Below, piece by piece: positions 40,776 to 51,555 of a stretch of 64,000 bases of DNA. This DNA comes from SAR116 cluster bacterium AG-335-N04. GTDB lineage: Bacteria > Pseudomonadota > Alphaproteobacteria > Puniceispirillales > Marisalimonadaceae. Position 1 is the stretch's first letter; each line of letters opens with the position of its first letter. The stretch is from assembly GCA_003279355.1 (NCBI GenBank), contig QBZS01000001.1, positions 57,844-121,843 on the forward strand, written 5' to 3'. Made by a program: the position numbers and the translations under genes. The notes under the pieces are model-generated. The model saw only the letters and a list, made by a program, of their open reading frames with translations. It was not told where the DNA came from and did not search any database.

Positions 40776-41252
40776 ATGAAAAGAGTTTCAATATTTATTG
40801 ATGTACAAAATATATATTATACTACAAAGCAAATATTTAAATCTAATTTTGATTATAATAAATTTTGGAAAAAAACTACTAACGACAGGGAGGTGGTTGC
40901 TGCATTTGCTTACACTACTGACAGAAATGATACTAAACAAATACAATTCCAAAATATATTAAGGGGAATTGGTTTTGAAGTGAAATTAAAACCTTTTATT
41001 AGTAGAAACGACGGCTCATCAAAAGGAGACTGGGACGTAGGTATAACAATTGACATCATGGATTATGCACCTACATCAGACATTATAGTTTTAGCTTCAG
41101 GTGATGGAGATTTTGATCTATTGATAAAAAAGGTAATTTCTAAAAATAAAGTTTTTGCGGAGGTTTATGGCGTAGAAGAATTAACAGCAAATTCATTAAA
41201 GAAATCTGCATCTAAATTTTACAAAATTGACAACAGCCTGCTTCTTAAATGA
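40776..41252 (+). CDS. NYN domain protein (LabA/DUF88)
   Basis: FIDVQN, KGDWDVGITID, SGDGDF. Confidence 0.88.
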   Translation: MKRVSIFIDVQNIYYTTKQIFKSNFDYNKFWKKTTNDREVVAAFAYTTDRNDTKQIQFQNILRGIGFEVKLKPFISRNDGSSKGDWDVGITIDIMDYAPTSDIIVLASGDGDFDLLIKKVISKNKVFAEVYGVEELTANSLKKSASKFYKIDNSLLLK

Positions 41253-41256
41253 AAAT

Positions 41257-42315
41257 TTAAGATATCTTTGTCAAATGGATATTAACAATCTCGTTTGACG
41301 ATCCAATACGCAACTTAGGTCCCCAGCAACCAGCGCCAGACGACACATAAAGCTTTGATTTTTTGTATTCATATATTCCATAAATAAATTTAAATTTTAA
41401 TTTAACTAAAAAGTTAAATGGAAAAATTTGTCCATTATGAGTATGTCCTGACAACATAAGATCATTTTTACTTTTTATATTGTCCCAAATATCAGGTTTA
41501 TGTGACAGGACTAAGTTAAATAAGTTTTTTTTATTCAAATTTTCAACAAACCTTATTTTAGACAATTTACTTTGTAAATCATCAATTCCGATTATGTTTA
41601 TTTCGTTAATTTGTATACTTGAATTTTTAAGAACTTTAATTTTAAATTTTTTTAATTGCTCAATTTTATTTTTAAAATCTTTTAGATAATATTCATGGTT
41701 TCCATTAACAAAATATATATCCTTTTTAATGTTATTTAATAAACTCAGATCATTTAATTTAAAGGAACTGGAATCTATTAGATCTCCTCCAATCAATAAA
41801 AAATCATATTCTAAAGTTTGTATTATATTTAAGATTTTTGAAAGATGTTTAGATGTATTTGTACCTAAATGTACATCGCTAATAAAAATTATGTTATAGT
41901 TTCTATTAATTTTAGATGATCTTACAGTAATCTTTTTTAATATTACTTTTCTAGCATTAAACATTCCATAAATTGATATTATTATTATTATTAATAATGA
42001 TATTATGCCTATTGTTTTTTCACTAATAGTGATAAGTGAATTAACTAAAATACTAATTGAAACGATTAAAAAACTTATAAAACCTATCCCTAAACCTTCA
42101 TATACGAATATCTTAAGTGGTCTAAACGTACTATGTGATCTTAGGTAATAGACAACAAGTATAAAAAATATAGTTGTGTTAATTATTAAATATTTTATTG
42201 ATGCTGTTTCATTTGATAAATATTGACTGAGAGTTTCAAAAGGAAATATATAAAAAAAATAAGTCAATACAAACAAGATTATATAAAATAAATATCTATA
42301 TAACCTTTTATACAT
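41257..42315 (-). CDS. Membrane-bound metallophosphoesterase (YkuE-like)
   Basis: N-terminal TMs; SDVH, GGD..D, GNHE, SH.P, SGHTHNGQ. Confidence 0.88.
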   Translation of the reverse strand: MYKRLYRYLFYIILFVLTYFFYIFPFETLSQYLSNETASIKYLIINTTIFFILVVYYLRSHSTFRPLKIFVYEGLGIGFISFLIVSISILVNSLITISEKTIGIISLLIIIIISIYGMFNARKVILKKITVRSSKINRNYNIIFISDVHLGTNTSKHLSKILNIIQTLEYDFLLIGGDLIDSSSFKLNDLSLLNNIKKDIYFVNGNHEYYLKDFKNKIEQLKKFKIKVLKNSSIQINEINIIGIDDLQSKLSKIRFVENLNKKNLFNLVLSHKPDIWDNIKSKNDLMLSGHTHNGQIFPFNFLVKLKFKFIYGIYEYKKSKLYVSSGAGCWGPKLRIGSSNEIVNIHLTKIS

Positions 42316-42316
42316 A

Positions 42317-43753
42317 TTAAGATGATTTCAATTTAGCAAACGCAGAAAGTGCCTTTTGCCTAGATTCCTTTATATCTACAATTGGTTTTGGATAATTTTC
42401 TCCTAATTTTAGATTAGCTTTTTCTAGAATGTCATCGGGCGCTTCCCAGGGATTGAATAAATATTTATTAGGAAGCAAAGAAATTTCTGGGACAAATTTT
42501 CTAACATAATGACCATCTGGATCAAATTTTAGACCTTGGGTAATAGGGTTGAAAATTCTAAAATATGGAGCTGCATCTGCTCCGCAACCTGCAATCCACT
42601 GCCAACCCGAACTGTTACTGGCTAAGTTTGCATCTACAAGGCAGTCCCAAAACCAACGTTCGCCTTCATGCCAATGAAGTAATAGGTTTTTTACTAGAAA
42701 TGATCCAACTATCATTCTTAGTCTGTTATGCATATAGCCTGTTGACCATAATTCTCTCATTCCTGCGTCTACTATTGGGTATCCAGTTTGACCATTCTGC
42801 CATGCTTTTAGAAATAAAGGATTATCATCCCAAGCAAAATTATCAAATTTCTTTTGTAAGTTTTTCTTTGGTAGATCAGGAAAATAGAACAATAAGTAAT
42901 TAGAAAATTCTCTCCATCCCATTTCTGACAAAAACGTGTCAGTGTCTTGTTGATTATTAATTCCGAATTTATATAAATCCCAAACTTTAAACCATACTGT
43001 ATTTGGTGAAATTTCACCCCAATGCAAATGTGGTGAAAGCCTAGATACATTTTTTTTAGATGGAAAATTTCGACCTTCTTTGTAACCTTCGATTTCAGTT
43101 TTAACAAATTCATTTAATCTATTTTTGGCAGCATTTTCTCCAACATTCCATGAGCTTATTATTTTTTCTTTCCAAGAATGTGCTGGCAATAAATTTAATT
43201 GATTAATAGACAAGCTTTTAAAGTTTTTCACTTCGTGAAAATTTATATTTTTTGGCTTTTCTAATGGTCTTCTTGGTTCAGCTGCGTTTAGACAGCCTCT
43301 TCTATAATAGGGAGTAAAAACTTTATAGGGCGTTCCGTCATTTTTTAAAATATCCCAAGGTTCCCATAAAAGTGATCCATTAAAAGTATTTACTTCAATA
43401 CCTTTTCTTTTCATATTTTCTCTAATTATCTTATCTCTTGAAATACTCCAAGGTTCATAAACTCTATTCCAAAATATTTTATTTATTAGTTCAGATTTGC
43501 AAATATCAGTCAAAATTTCTTCAGGGTCTCCCTTAGAAAATATTAGTTTATTACCAAATTGTTTGTTTAGTACATCTAATGAATAATGCAGCCAAACTTT
43601 ACCAGCATTTCCAACTAAATATTCTTCAGAATTTACACTGTCTAAAATGAAAATAGGAATTATTGATCCACTTTTAGTAGCTGCGCTCAGAGCTGGATTA
43701 TCACTTAACCTAAGATCTTGTCTTATCCAGTATATACTAACGTTTTGTTTCAA
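42317..43753 (-). CDS. phrB: Deoxyribodipyrimidine photolyase
   Basis: DLRLSDNPAL, SRLSPHL, WREF, GQTGYPIVDAGMR, MHNR.RM, WQW.AG, RIFNP. Confidence 0.92.
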   Translation of the reverse strand: MKQNVSIYWIRQDLRLSDNPALSAATKSGSIIPIFILDSVNSEEYLVGNAGKVWLHYSLDVLNKQFGNKLIFSKGDPEEILTDICKSELINKIFWNRVYEPWSISRDKIIRENMKRKGIEVNTFNGSLLWEPWDILKNDGTPYKVFTPYYRRGCLNAAEPRRPLEKPKNINFHEVKNFKSLSINQLNLLPAHSWKEKIISSWNVGENAAKNRLNEFVKTEIEGYKEGRNFPSKKNVSRLSPHLHWGEISPNTVWFKVWDLYKFGINNQQDTDTFLSEMGWREFSNYLLFYFPDLPKKNLQKKFDNFAWDDNPLFLKAWQNGQTGYPIVDAGMRELWSTGYMHNRLRMIVGSFLVKNLLLHWHEGERWFWDCLVDANLASNSSGWQWIAGCGADAAPYFRIFNPITQGLKFDPDGHYVRKFVPEISLLPNKYLFNPWEAPDDILEKANLKLGENYPKPIVDIKESRQKALSAFAKLKSS

Positions 43754-43904
43754 ATTATTCTCTTTTTATTTGAATTTTTTTAGGGATAATAATTCTATAA
43801 ATTGTAATTAAATTAAATTCAACTAATTCAAATCAAATAAAAAAATATTCTTGTGTAAAATAAAACATAAGTAATAATGTTTACAAATATTTTGAAAGTT
43901 TTGC

Positions 43905-45083
43905 ATGTCATATGAAAAACCCTATGAAGGATTAAAAGTTATAGATTTTTCTCAAGGAGTTGCTGGGCCCTATTGTGGAATGCTTTTAGCTCAATATGGA
44001 GCTGAGGTTATTAAAATTGAGCCAAAAGACGGAGATTGGGCTAGAAATCTTGGTCAAGAATATGGACAACATTCTGCTTTTTCAGTAACTGCAAACCTTG
44101 GTAAAAAAAGTATAGTATTCGATTTAAAGAATAAAAAAAGTCAGCCTATATTAGACAAAATCATCAATGAATGTGACGTGTTTATTGAAGGTTTTAGGCC
44201 AGGGGTGATAGAAAGATTGGGGTATGGATATGAAAGGTTAAAAAATATTAATTCTAAATTAATTTATCTATCTATTTCAGGCTTTGGTCAAAAAGGTCCT
44301 ATGAGCGCAAAACCAGCTATGGATCCTGTTTTGCAGGCTTTTACAGGGTTCATGTCAGAAAACAAAGGTCCTGACGATATCCCACATAGAACACCCGTTA
44401 TAATCTTTGATATGACTACCGCCTTGTACGCAACCCAATTAGTATGTTCAGCTTTATTTGCTAGAATTAAAGAAGATATAGGAAAGAAAATTGAAGTTAG
44501 TTTAATGGAGGCTGCAGCAGCTATGCAGTCGATAAGACTTATGAGTGGATACATGGAAGGGCCTTACACTCATGCTTCTTCACCATCGGGAACTTTTCAA
44601 ACTAAAGATGGATGGATACAGATTATCGTTGTGAAGAACCATGAGTTTACCAAATTTTGTAATGCTGTTGGATGGGTAAATTTTCTTACTGACAATCGCT
44701 TTTTAACTAACTCTTTAAGAAGAAAACATGAAGCTATTCTGACTAAGGAAGTACAAAAACTTTTCATTAAAGAAACAACGGAATATTGGAAAAATTTATT
44801 AAACAAATTTGAAGTTCAAAACGAGAAAGTACAAAACTATAGAGAATTTGTAGATAGTGAACAAACTAAAGCACTAGAATTAATTTCATGGCTGGATCAA
44901 CCTACTACTGATCAATCGTGGCCTGTTCCAAATATACCAGGTATGCCAAAGTTAGTTAGTGGAAGTAAATTATCAATAGCACCATCTTTGGGACAGCATA
45001 CAAAAGAAATTATTTTACAGTTAGGATACAGCGAAAAAAGTATAGCAAAGCTTTTTGATGAAGAAGTAATATTTGGTATTTAA
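43905..45083 (+). CDS. CaiB/BaiF family III CoA transferase
   Basis: AGPYC..LLA..GAEVIKIE, FRPG, SGFGQ.GP, catalytic Asp in AMDPVLQ, APSLGQHT. Confidence 0.9.
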   Translation: MSYEKPYEGLKVIDFSQGVAGPYCGMLLAQYGAEVIKIEPKDGDWARNLGQEYGQHSAFSVTANLGKKSIVFDLKNKKSQPILDKIINECDVFIEGFRPGVIERLGYGYERLKNINSKLIYLSISGFGQKGPMSAKPAMDPVLQAFTGFMSENKGPDDIPHRTPVIIFDMTTALYATQLVCSALFARIKEDIGKKIEVSLMEAAAAMQSIRLMSGYMEGPYTHASSPSGTFQTKDGWIQIIVVKNHEFTKFCNAVGWVNFLTDNRFLTNSLRRKHEAILTKEVQKLFIKETTEYWKNLLNKFEVQNEKVQNYREFVDSEQTKALELISWLDQPTTDQSWPVPNIPGMPKLVSGSKLSIAPSLGQHTKEIILQLGYSEKSIAKLFDEEVIFGI

Positions 45084-45184
45084 AATAATCCAGTTATTGT
45101 AAAAGTGAGAGGAATGAACATCAACAAGGCTAAATATAGCTCAGATTTTAATGTTTCACTAAAAGTATAATTATCATTAGCCAT
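45080..45184 (-). CDS. Small membrane protein (34 aa), not in ORF track
   Basis: GGAGA RBS; MANDNYTFSETLKSELYLALLMFIPLTFTITGLF. Confidence 0.55.
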   Translation of the reverse strand: MANDNYTFSETLKSELYLALLMFIPLTFTITGLF

Positions 45185-45280
45185 AATTTTTCTCCAACAG
45201 TTATATTTTAATATTATTTTTTTTTTAAAATTATTCAAGTTTTTTAAATTTTGATATAATATAGTGTTTTAGGAACAATT

Positions 45281-45403
45281 ATGACTTTAATATTTGGAAT
45301 AATTTTATCAGCTTTAATATTTTTTTTCTTCGATGATATTCAAGCAATATTAGTTTCAACAGGTTTAAGAGATCAATTAGTGACGTGGTTGCAATCCTGG
45401 TAA
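45281..45403 (+). CDS. Small membrane protein (40 aa), not in ORF track
   Basis: AGGA RBS and upstream TGATATAAT extended -10; MTLIFGIILSALIFFFFDDIQAILVSTGLRDQLVTWLQSW. Confidence 0.6.
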   Translation: MTLIFGIILSALIFFFFDDIQAILVSTGLRDQLVTWLQSW

Positions 45404-45518
45404 TACATTAAAGATTTATTTTGAATTAACAATTTACCTTTTCTATTTGTATAAATAAAATGATAAATTAGTATGTTTAAATTAACATTATTTAATCACG
45501 ATTAAACTGGATATATTA

Positions 45519-47159
45519 ATGATTAATAGTTTTGACTATATTATTGTTGGTGCAGGCTCATCTGGATGTGTTTTAGCAAACAGATTGAGTGCAGACGGGA
45601 AATACAAAGTTTGTTTACTTGAAGCAGGCCCTCCTGATTGGAATCCATTTATTCATATACCAGCTGGTTTTATGAAAACTCTAACTAATCCAAATGTAAA
45701 TTGGTTGTTTAAATCTGAACCAAGTTGGGGAACGGCAGGAAGAGTTATTGATATTCCAAGAGGCAAGACATTAGGTGGATCAAGCTCAATAAATGGAATG
45801 GTTTTCAATAGAGGTCAAAATATGGATTTTGATGTCTGGGCTCAAAAGGGAAATAAAGGTTGGAGTTACTCTGATTTACTCCCTTATTTCAAAAAATATG
45901 AAAAAAGATTAGGTGAGCATGATGAAACTTACAGAGGATCAAAAGGCGAGTTGCCAATAACTGATTTGGAATACCGGGATCCACTTTGTGAAGCATTTAT
46001 AAAAGGAGCTATTGAACAAGGTATACCTTTAAACAAAGACTATAATGGAGAATTTCAAGAGGGTGTTTCATATGTCCAAAGAACCACAAAAGGTAGATTT
46101 AGAGTAAGTGCATCTAAAGCTTTTTTGAAGCCTGTTAAATCTAGAGAAAATCTTGATATAATCACTGATGCATTTGTAACAAAGATTATTATTGAAAACA
46201 AATCTGCTACTGGAGTTGAGTATCTCAGAGGCGGAGTTAGAGGCAAAAAAATAATTTTAAAGGCTAATAAAGAAGTTATTCTATCATCAGGAGTTATTAA
46301 ATCACCACATTTATTAAATTTATCAGGCATTGGTTCTGGTAAACATTTAAAAGATATCGGGATAGATGTAATTCATGACTTAAAGGGTGTTGGCATGAAT
46401 TTAAGAGATCATTTTGCACCTAGAATGACTGCAAGAGCTAAGAATGTTGAAACAGTTAATGAAAAATCCAGAGGTTTTAAGCTCTTGAAAGAAATTAGTA
46501 AATATATTTTAGGAAAACAATCAATTGTCAATTTAAGTCCAACTTTAGTTTATTGTTTTTGGCATTCTAACGAGTCTATAAGAAATCATGACTTGCAAAT
46601 GACTTTTACACCTGCTTCCTACAAAGAAGGGGTGCAATCAACTCTTGACACTGAACCAGGTTTTACGGTCGCTGCCTGGCAACAAAGACCAGAATCATTA
46701 GGATGGGTTAAAGCTAAAAGTAATAATCCATTTGAAGCTCCAGAGATCCAACCAAATTATCTCGATGCAGAAGAAGATAAAAGAGTAGTAGTAGCTGGAC
46801 TAAAATTATCAAGACGGTTAATGCATTCCAAAGCTTTATCAAATTATTTTGATTACGAGGTATATCCCGGATTAGATGCACAGTCTGACGAGGATTTATT
46901 ACAAATCGCAAGAGAAAGAGGGACGACCACATATCACCAAATGGGGACGTGTAGAATGGCACCAAAAACAGATCCTACTGCAGTTGTGGATAATGATTTA
47001 AAGGTTTATGGCATAGATAATTTGCGAGTTGTCGATGCGTCTATTATGCCAACTATGTTATCTGCTAATTTGCACTCTGGAGCAACTTTAATTGGCGAAA
47101 AAGGTTCAGATTTAATTCTTAATAAAAAACCATTAGAACCTATCGCTTTAAGTTATTAA
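45519..47159 (+). CDS. GMC family oxidoreductase (choline dehydrogenase-like)
   Basis: GAGSSG, RGKTLGGSSSINGM, YHQMGTCRM, RVVDASIMP. Confidence 0.9.
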   Translation: MINSFDYIIVGAGSSGCVLANRLSADGKYKVCLLEAGPPDWNPFIHIPAGFMKTLTNPNVNWLFKSEPSWGTAGRVIDIPRGKTLGGSSSINGMVFNRGQNMDFDVWAQKGNKGWSYSDLLPYFKKYEKRLGEHDETYRGSKGELPITDLEYRDPLCEAFIKGAIEQGIPLNKDYNGEFQEGVSYVQRTTKGRFRVSASKAFLKPVKSRENLDIITDAFVTKIIIENKSATGVEYLRGGVRGKKIILKANKEVILSSGVIKSPHLLNLSGIGSGKHLKDIGIDVIHDLKGVGMNLRDHFAPRMTARAKNVETVNEKSRGFKLLKEISKYILGKQSIVNLSPTLVYCFWHSNESIRNHDLQMTFTPASYKEGVQSTLDTEPGFTVAAWQQRPESLGWVKAKSNNPFEAPEIQPNYLDAEEDKRVVVAGLKLSRRLMHSKALSNYFDYEVYPGLDAQSDEDLLQIARERGTTTYHQMGTCRMAPKTDPTAVVDNDLKVYGIDNLRVVDASIMPTMLSANLHSGATLIGEKGSDLILNKKPLEPIALSY

Positions 47160-47187
47160 CTAAAGTTATTTAAATAAGGAAACTCAA

Positions 47188-48057
47188 TTGTCAAAGTTAC
47201 AAAAATATATCCCTCCTGATGTATGGGTTTGGGAAAAAGAAAATGGTGGTAAATTTGCAAAAATTAACAGGCCTATTTCTGGCTTTACTCACGAAAAAGA
47301 TCTGCCAAAAGGTATCCATCCTTTTCAGTTATACTCTCAAGGTACCCCTAATGGTGTAAAAGTAACAGTAATGCTTGAAGAATTATTAAATTTAGGCATT
47401 AAAGAAGCAGAGTATGATGCATGGCTTATTAGAATTGGAAAAGGGGATCAATTTAGTTCTGGTTTCGTGGACATCAATCCAAATTCAAAAATTCCTAGTT
47501 TAATTGATAATACAAACGGAACTTCTGTTAAAGTTTTTGAATCTGGTTCAATACTTTTGTACCTAGCTGACAAATTTAAAAAATTTGTTCCTAAATCTTT
47601 TGAAGCAAGGACAGAATGTTTAAACTGGTTATTTTGGCAAATGGCAAGTGCTCCATATCTTGGTGGAGGATTTGGCCACTTTTACGCTTATGCACCTGAA
47701 AAACTTGAATATCCGATAGATCGTTTTTCTATGGAAGTAAAAAGACAACTAGATGTTTTAGATAAGTTATTATCAGACAAAACATTTATTTGTAATGATG
47801 AATATACTATTGCGGATATGGCAATATGGTCATGGTACGGCGCATTAGTATTAGGCCGTTTATATGGAGCTGAGGAGTTCTTGGATGTTAAGTCTTATAA
47901 AAATGTACTAAGATGGGCTAAATTCATTAATGAAAGACCTGCTGTGAAAAGAGGGAGAATGGTTAATAAAATTAGTGGCTATCCTGGTTCTCAACTTCAT
48001 GAAAGGCATGACGCATGTGATTTTCAAAATAAAACACAAGATAAAATAGAAAATTGA
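47188..48057 (+). CDS. yghU: Glutathione-dependent disulfide-bond oxidoreductase (Nu-class GST)
   Basis: PP.VW.W, TPNGVKV, NPNSKIP, FESGSIL, APYLGGGFGHFY, LHERH. Confidence 0.92.
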   Translation: MSKLQKYIPPDVWVWEKENGGKFAKINRPISGFTHEKDLPKGIHPFQLYSQGTPNGVKVTVMLEELLNLGIKEAEYDAWLIRIGKGDQFSSGFVDINPNSKIPSLIDNTNGTSVKVFESGSILLYLADKFKKFVPKSFEARTECLNWLFWQMASAPYLGGGFGHFYAYAPEKLEYPIDRFSMEVKRQLDVLDKLLSDKTFICNDEYTIADMAIWSWYGALVLGRLYGAEEFLDVKSYKNVLRWAKFINERPAVKRGRMVNKISGYPGSQLHERHDACDFQNKTQDKIEN

Positions 48058-48066
48058 ATATTTAAA

Positions 48067-48825
48067 TCATAATTCCTCAATTCCAAGATCTGCTATATAT
48101 CTTCTATGCCAGGTTGGACTAATAGTTAATTCGTTAATACAAACATGTTTTGGCATTTGACATAAAAAAGCTATTGTTTCACCCAAATCATCAGGTTGAA
48201 GCATCTTCTTTTTTTGTTCTAAAGAGAGCTTTTTAGGTCTTTTGTCTAAAATATCTGTAGCAACCTCACCAGGACATAAAGCGCAAGCTCTAATACCCAC
48301 ACTACAATATTTCATGTTAATAGTCTCAGTCATAGCATTTAAGGCGTGTTTTGATGATGTGTATGTAACACCTGATAAGAGACTAACATGGTTACCTGAC
48401 CAAGATGAAACGTTAATAATCAAACCATCTTTTTTTTCTTTCATCATTGGAATAACAGATTTACAACAATAAAATAAGCCATTGACATTGGTCTGAATCA
48501 CGTCATCCCACTCACTTTCATTAATGTAATCCCAATCTCTATTTAAAATATTTATTCCAGCACAATTTACCAATACATCAATTTGTTGAAATTCGTTTTT
48601 TATTTGATTTACTGTTTCTTTAACTAATGTTTTATTAGTAACATCCATCATCTTTATTGAGGCTTTAGTTTTACAGTTTTTAGCGGTTTCTTCTAAATTT
48701 TTAATATTTCTTCCAGAAAGTATAACTTTCATTCCAAGTGAAGATAGCTTAACAGCGGCGTTTTGACCTATCCCAGAACCAGCACCTACAATCCAAGCAA
48801 TTTTTTCTTTTAGATCTCTTTTCAT
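48067..48825 (-). CDS. Short-chain dehydrogenase/reductase
   Basis: GAGSGIG, NCAG, YTSSK, CPGEVAT. Confidence 0.88.
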   Translation of the reverse strand: MKRDLKEKIAWIVGAGSGIGQNAAVKLSSLGMKVILSGRNIKNLEETAKNCKTKASIKMMDVTNKTLVKETVNQIKNEFQQIDVLVNCAGINILNRDWDYINESEWDDVIQTNVNGLFYCCKSVIPMMKEKKDGLIINVSSWSGNHVSLLSGVTYTSSKHALNAMTETINMKYCSVGIRACALCPGEVATDILDKRPKKLSLEQKKKMLQPDDLGETIAFLCQMPKHVCINELTISPTWHRRYIADLGIEEL

Positions 48826-48864
48826 GGGTAAATTTTCTTTCTATTATTCAATTTTTAAATGTTA

Positions 48865-49692
48865 TTATTGAGCAGTTAATCCACCATCAACAACAAGACT
48901 GGAACCTGTCATAAAACTTGAGTCGTCTGATGATAAAAATAATATTGTTTTAGCGACTTCTTCTGCAGTACCTAGACGACCAAGAGGCGTTTGCAATATA
49001 CCTGCTGAATATGAATCTTTTAAAGTCATGCTTGGGTTTTGTTTAATTCTTGCTTCAGCAACTTGACTTCCCATATCTGTTTCAATAATACCAGGATGGA
49101 CCTGATTAATTCTAATAGGATATTTTTTTTTACCAAAATATATTGCCATTGATTTTGTGAAAGTTGTAATTCCACCTTTTGTCATTGAATATAATGGATC
49201 GAGTTGTGATCCTACTAACCCAGCAACTGAGCTTAGATTAATAATTGAGCTTCCAAAATTAGATTTCTCTCCTGCTTTAGTAAGGAAGGGTATAAGGTGC
49301 TTAATACCTAAAAACACACCGGTTAAATTAATTGATATCAATTTATGATATTCTTCTATTGAAACATTACTTATTTCTTTTCCTAACCAAATACCTGCAT
49401 TATTTACCAAAATATCTATTGATTTATTTTTTGTATCTAAATAAGTAACAAAATCAATCCATTCACTTTCTTGGGCTACATCTATTTCATAAAATTCAGC
49501 TTTAACATTTAATTTTATAATTTCTTTTACTGTATTTAATCCTTCATCTTTATTTAAATCTAAAACATTAATATTAACTCCAGCATTGGCTAAAGCTAGG
49601 CAAACGCTTCTACCAATACCTTTAGAACCTCCCGTAACAATAGCATTTTTACCTTGTAAATTTTGCAATTTATGTCCTTTCAAAGATTTCAT
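48865..49692 (-). CDS. SDR (3-beta-HSD/cyclopentanol dehydrogenase-like)
   Basis: TGGSKGIG, NNAG, YSMTKGG, HPG.I.T, VDGG; start uncertain. Confidence 0.88.
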   Translation of the reverse strand: MKSLKGHKLQNLQGKNAIVTGGSKGIGRSVCLALANAGVNINVLDLNKDEGLNTVKEIIKLNVKAEFYEIDVAQESEWIDFVTYLDTKNKSIDILVNNAGIWLGKEISNVSIEEYHKLISINLTGVFLGIKHLIPFLTKAGEKSNFGSSIINLSSVAGLVGSQLDPLYSMTKGGITTFTKSMAIYFGKKKYPIRINQVHPGIIETDMGSQVAEARIKQNPSMTLKDSYSAGILQTPLGRLGTAEEVAKTILFLSSDDSSFMTGSSLVVDGGLTAQ

Positions 49693-50509
49693 TTTGGATC
49701 ATAATTCTAAATAGATAGCGGTCTTCATTCATATCATAGTCACCGTTTGCTTTATGCATTAATATTCTATTGTCCCATATGACAAAATCTCCGTTTAGCC
49801 ATTTATGCCTATATTCATTTTCTTTTTTATAAACATAACTCATTAGATTATCCAATAATGCAAGTGTTTCATTATTTGTCAGACCTATAATTTTCTCTAT
49901 TCTAATGGGATTTATGTATAGACAAAGTTTATTATTTTCAGGATGTATCCTCACAAGAGGATGGATTACTTCTTTTAATTTTTCAGTAATTCTAGGTAAT
50001 GACATCAATTTTCTTTTGCTATGAGTACTCTGATAAACATGCATTGCTTCTAAATTTTGTATGCTTTTTTTTAAATCATCGGGTAGTTGATTATATACAA
50101 GATGCATATTAACAAATTGTGTATCACCCCCATATGATGGTAATAATTTAGCATGTAGAATGGTAGCTTTAGGTGGACTTATATCATTGCTATGATCGGT
50201 ATGATATCCTTCACCTGGAATATAAATTTTCCCATCTTCAAATTTGTCCTTGTTAGAAATATAGTGAACTAAATCATTTTCTTTTAAAGCAAACTTTTTA
50301 TTATGTTGTTTAAAAACTTTTCCAAATATTTTAGCACTTTCATAGAATTCGTTGGGTGATAGATTTTGATCTCTTATTACTAATACAGAGTATTTTGAAA
50401 AGGCCTTAGTAAGCTCATTAATAACTCTCTGATCTGAAATTGATTTCAGATCAACACCAAAAACTTCTGCCCCAGTATGCTCGGATAGTTTATTAATTTT
50501 TATATTCAT
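49670..50509 (-). CDS. TauD/TfdA family Fe(II)/2OG dioxygenase
   Basis: HTD, GGDT.F, HPLVR.HP, WDNR..MH. Confidence 0.9.
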   Translation of the reverse strand: MNIKINKLSEHTGAEVFGVDLKSISDQRVINELTKAFSKYSVLVIRDQNLSPNEFYESAKIFGKVFKQHNKKFALKENDLVHYISNKDKFEDGKIYIPGEGYHTDHSNDISPPKATILHAKLLPSYGGDTQFVNMHLVYNQLPDDLKKSIQNLEAMHVYQSTHSKRKLMSLPRITEKLKEVIHPLVRIHPENNKLCLYINPIRIEKIIGLTNNETLALLDNLMSYVYKKENEYRHKWLNGDFVIWDNRILMHKANGDYDMNEDRYLFRIMIQNEIFERT

Positions 50510-50622
50510 AAACTCCCCCTTTTTCTAACATATAATTGTAATCGAAGAGGATCAATTAATTTTACAATTTAATTAATTTTAATTAGCATGTTTATTAATA
50601 AAATTTTATCTGGAGAAATTGT

Positions 50623-51540
50623 ATGAATGATGTAAACAGAAAAAAACTTGAAAGTGCTCAAGAAAGTGCTCAGGAAAGAGCGATATATAATAGCCCAGAT
50701 AACGTGTTTGATTGGTCTTGGCCAAAGGTACCAAGACATAAGTTTTTAAGTGAAAAAAAAGAGGCTTATGATTTTGACAAAAACAGTTTACTAATACCTC
50801 TTGATATTTCTGATGTACTATCAACACCCTATCCAGCAACTATTCCATCAATTCTTGCAAGGTACATAAGGCTAAAAAAAGGTGACGATATAACTCATAA
50901 CTTCATAGCTTCTGGAGAAATTTATTATGTTTTAGAAGGGAGGGGTACAACATTGAATGATGAAGATGTAATTGAATGGTCATGTGGTGATGTTTTTTGT
51001 TTACCTGGAGGTAAGAAAACCAAACATAGAACCTTATCTGAAAACTCAATTTTATTTTGTGTAACTAATGAGCCCATTCTGTCTTTTGAAAAGCTAGTAC
51101 CTAACGTTAATGGAACAAATTCTATTAAATCTACACATTGGACTAATGATAAAATTCAATCAAATTTAAATAAAATTTATAAAAGACCTAAAACAAAAGA
51201 AACAGCAGGTGTTGCTATTCAATTTTCTACTCCAGAAACACTACCTAGTAGAAACACAATACCAATGATTAATACGGCTTTGAATACTCTTGAATCTGGA
51301 GGAGATCAAAGGGCTCATAGACATAATGGAGCCGCTCTTACATTAGCAATACAAGCGGAAAGAGTTTACTCAAAAATTGAAAATGAAAAAGTAAACTGGG
51401 AAGATGGGGTAGTTTTAATTACACCAGGAACTGAACTGCATTCTCATCATAACAGAGGTTCTAAAAGAATGATGAGTTTTGTTGTGCAGGATGAAGGACT
51501 TCATTTTTATCTCAGAACAACTGGATTTAGTTGGAATTAA
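50623..51540 (+). CDS. Bicupin protein (gentisate dioxygenase-like fold)
   Basis: Two cupin repeats; C-terminal QRAHRH..HSHHN metal motif, QDEG. Confidence 0.75.
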   Translation: MNDVNRKKLESAQESAQERAIYNSPDNVFDWSWPKVPRHKFLSEKKEAYDFDKNSLLIPLDISDVLSTPYPATIPSILARYIRLKKGDDITHNFIASGEIYYVLEGRGTTLNDEDVIEWSCGDVFCLPGGKKTKHRTLSENSILFCVTNEPILSFEKLVPNVNGTNSIKSTHWTNDKIQSNLNKIYKRPKTKETAGVAIQFSTPETLPSRNTIPMINTALNTLESGGDQRAHRHNGAALTLAIQAERVYSKIENEKVNWEDGVVLITPGTELHSHHNRGSKRMMSFVVQDEGLHFYLRTTGFSWN

Positions 51541-51555
51541 GTTGAGTATAATCAA

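Noticed and set aside
40776-41252. NYN nuclease as a defence or toxin system
   Set aside because: Ordinary stand-alone LabA/DUF88 protein with no antitoxin or defence neighbours
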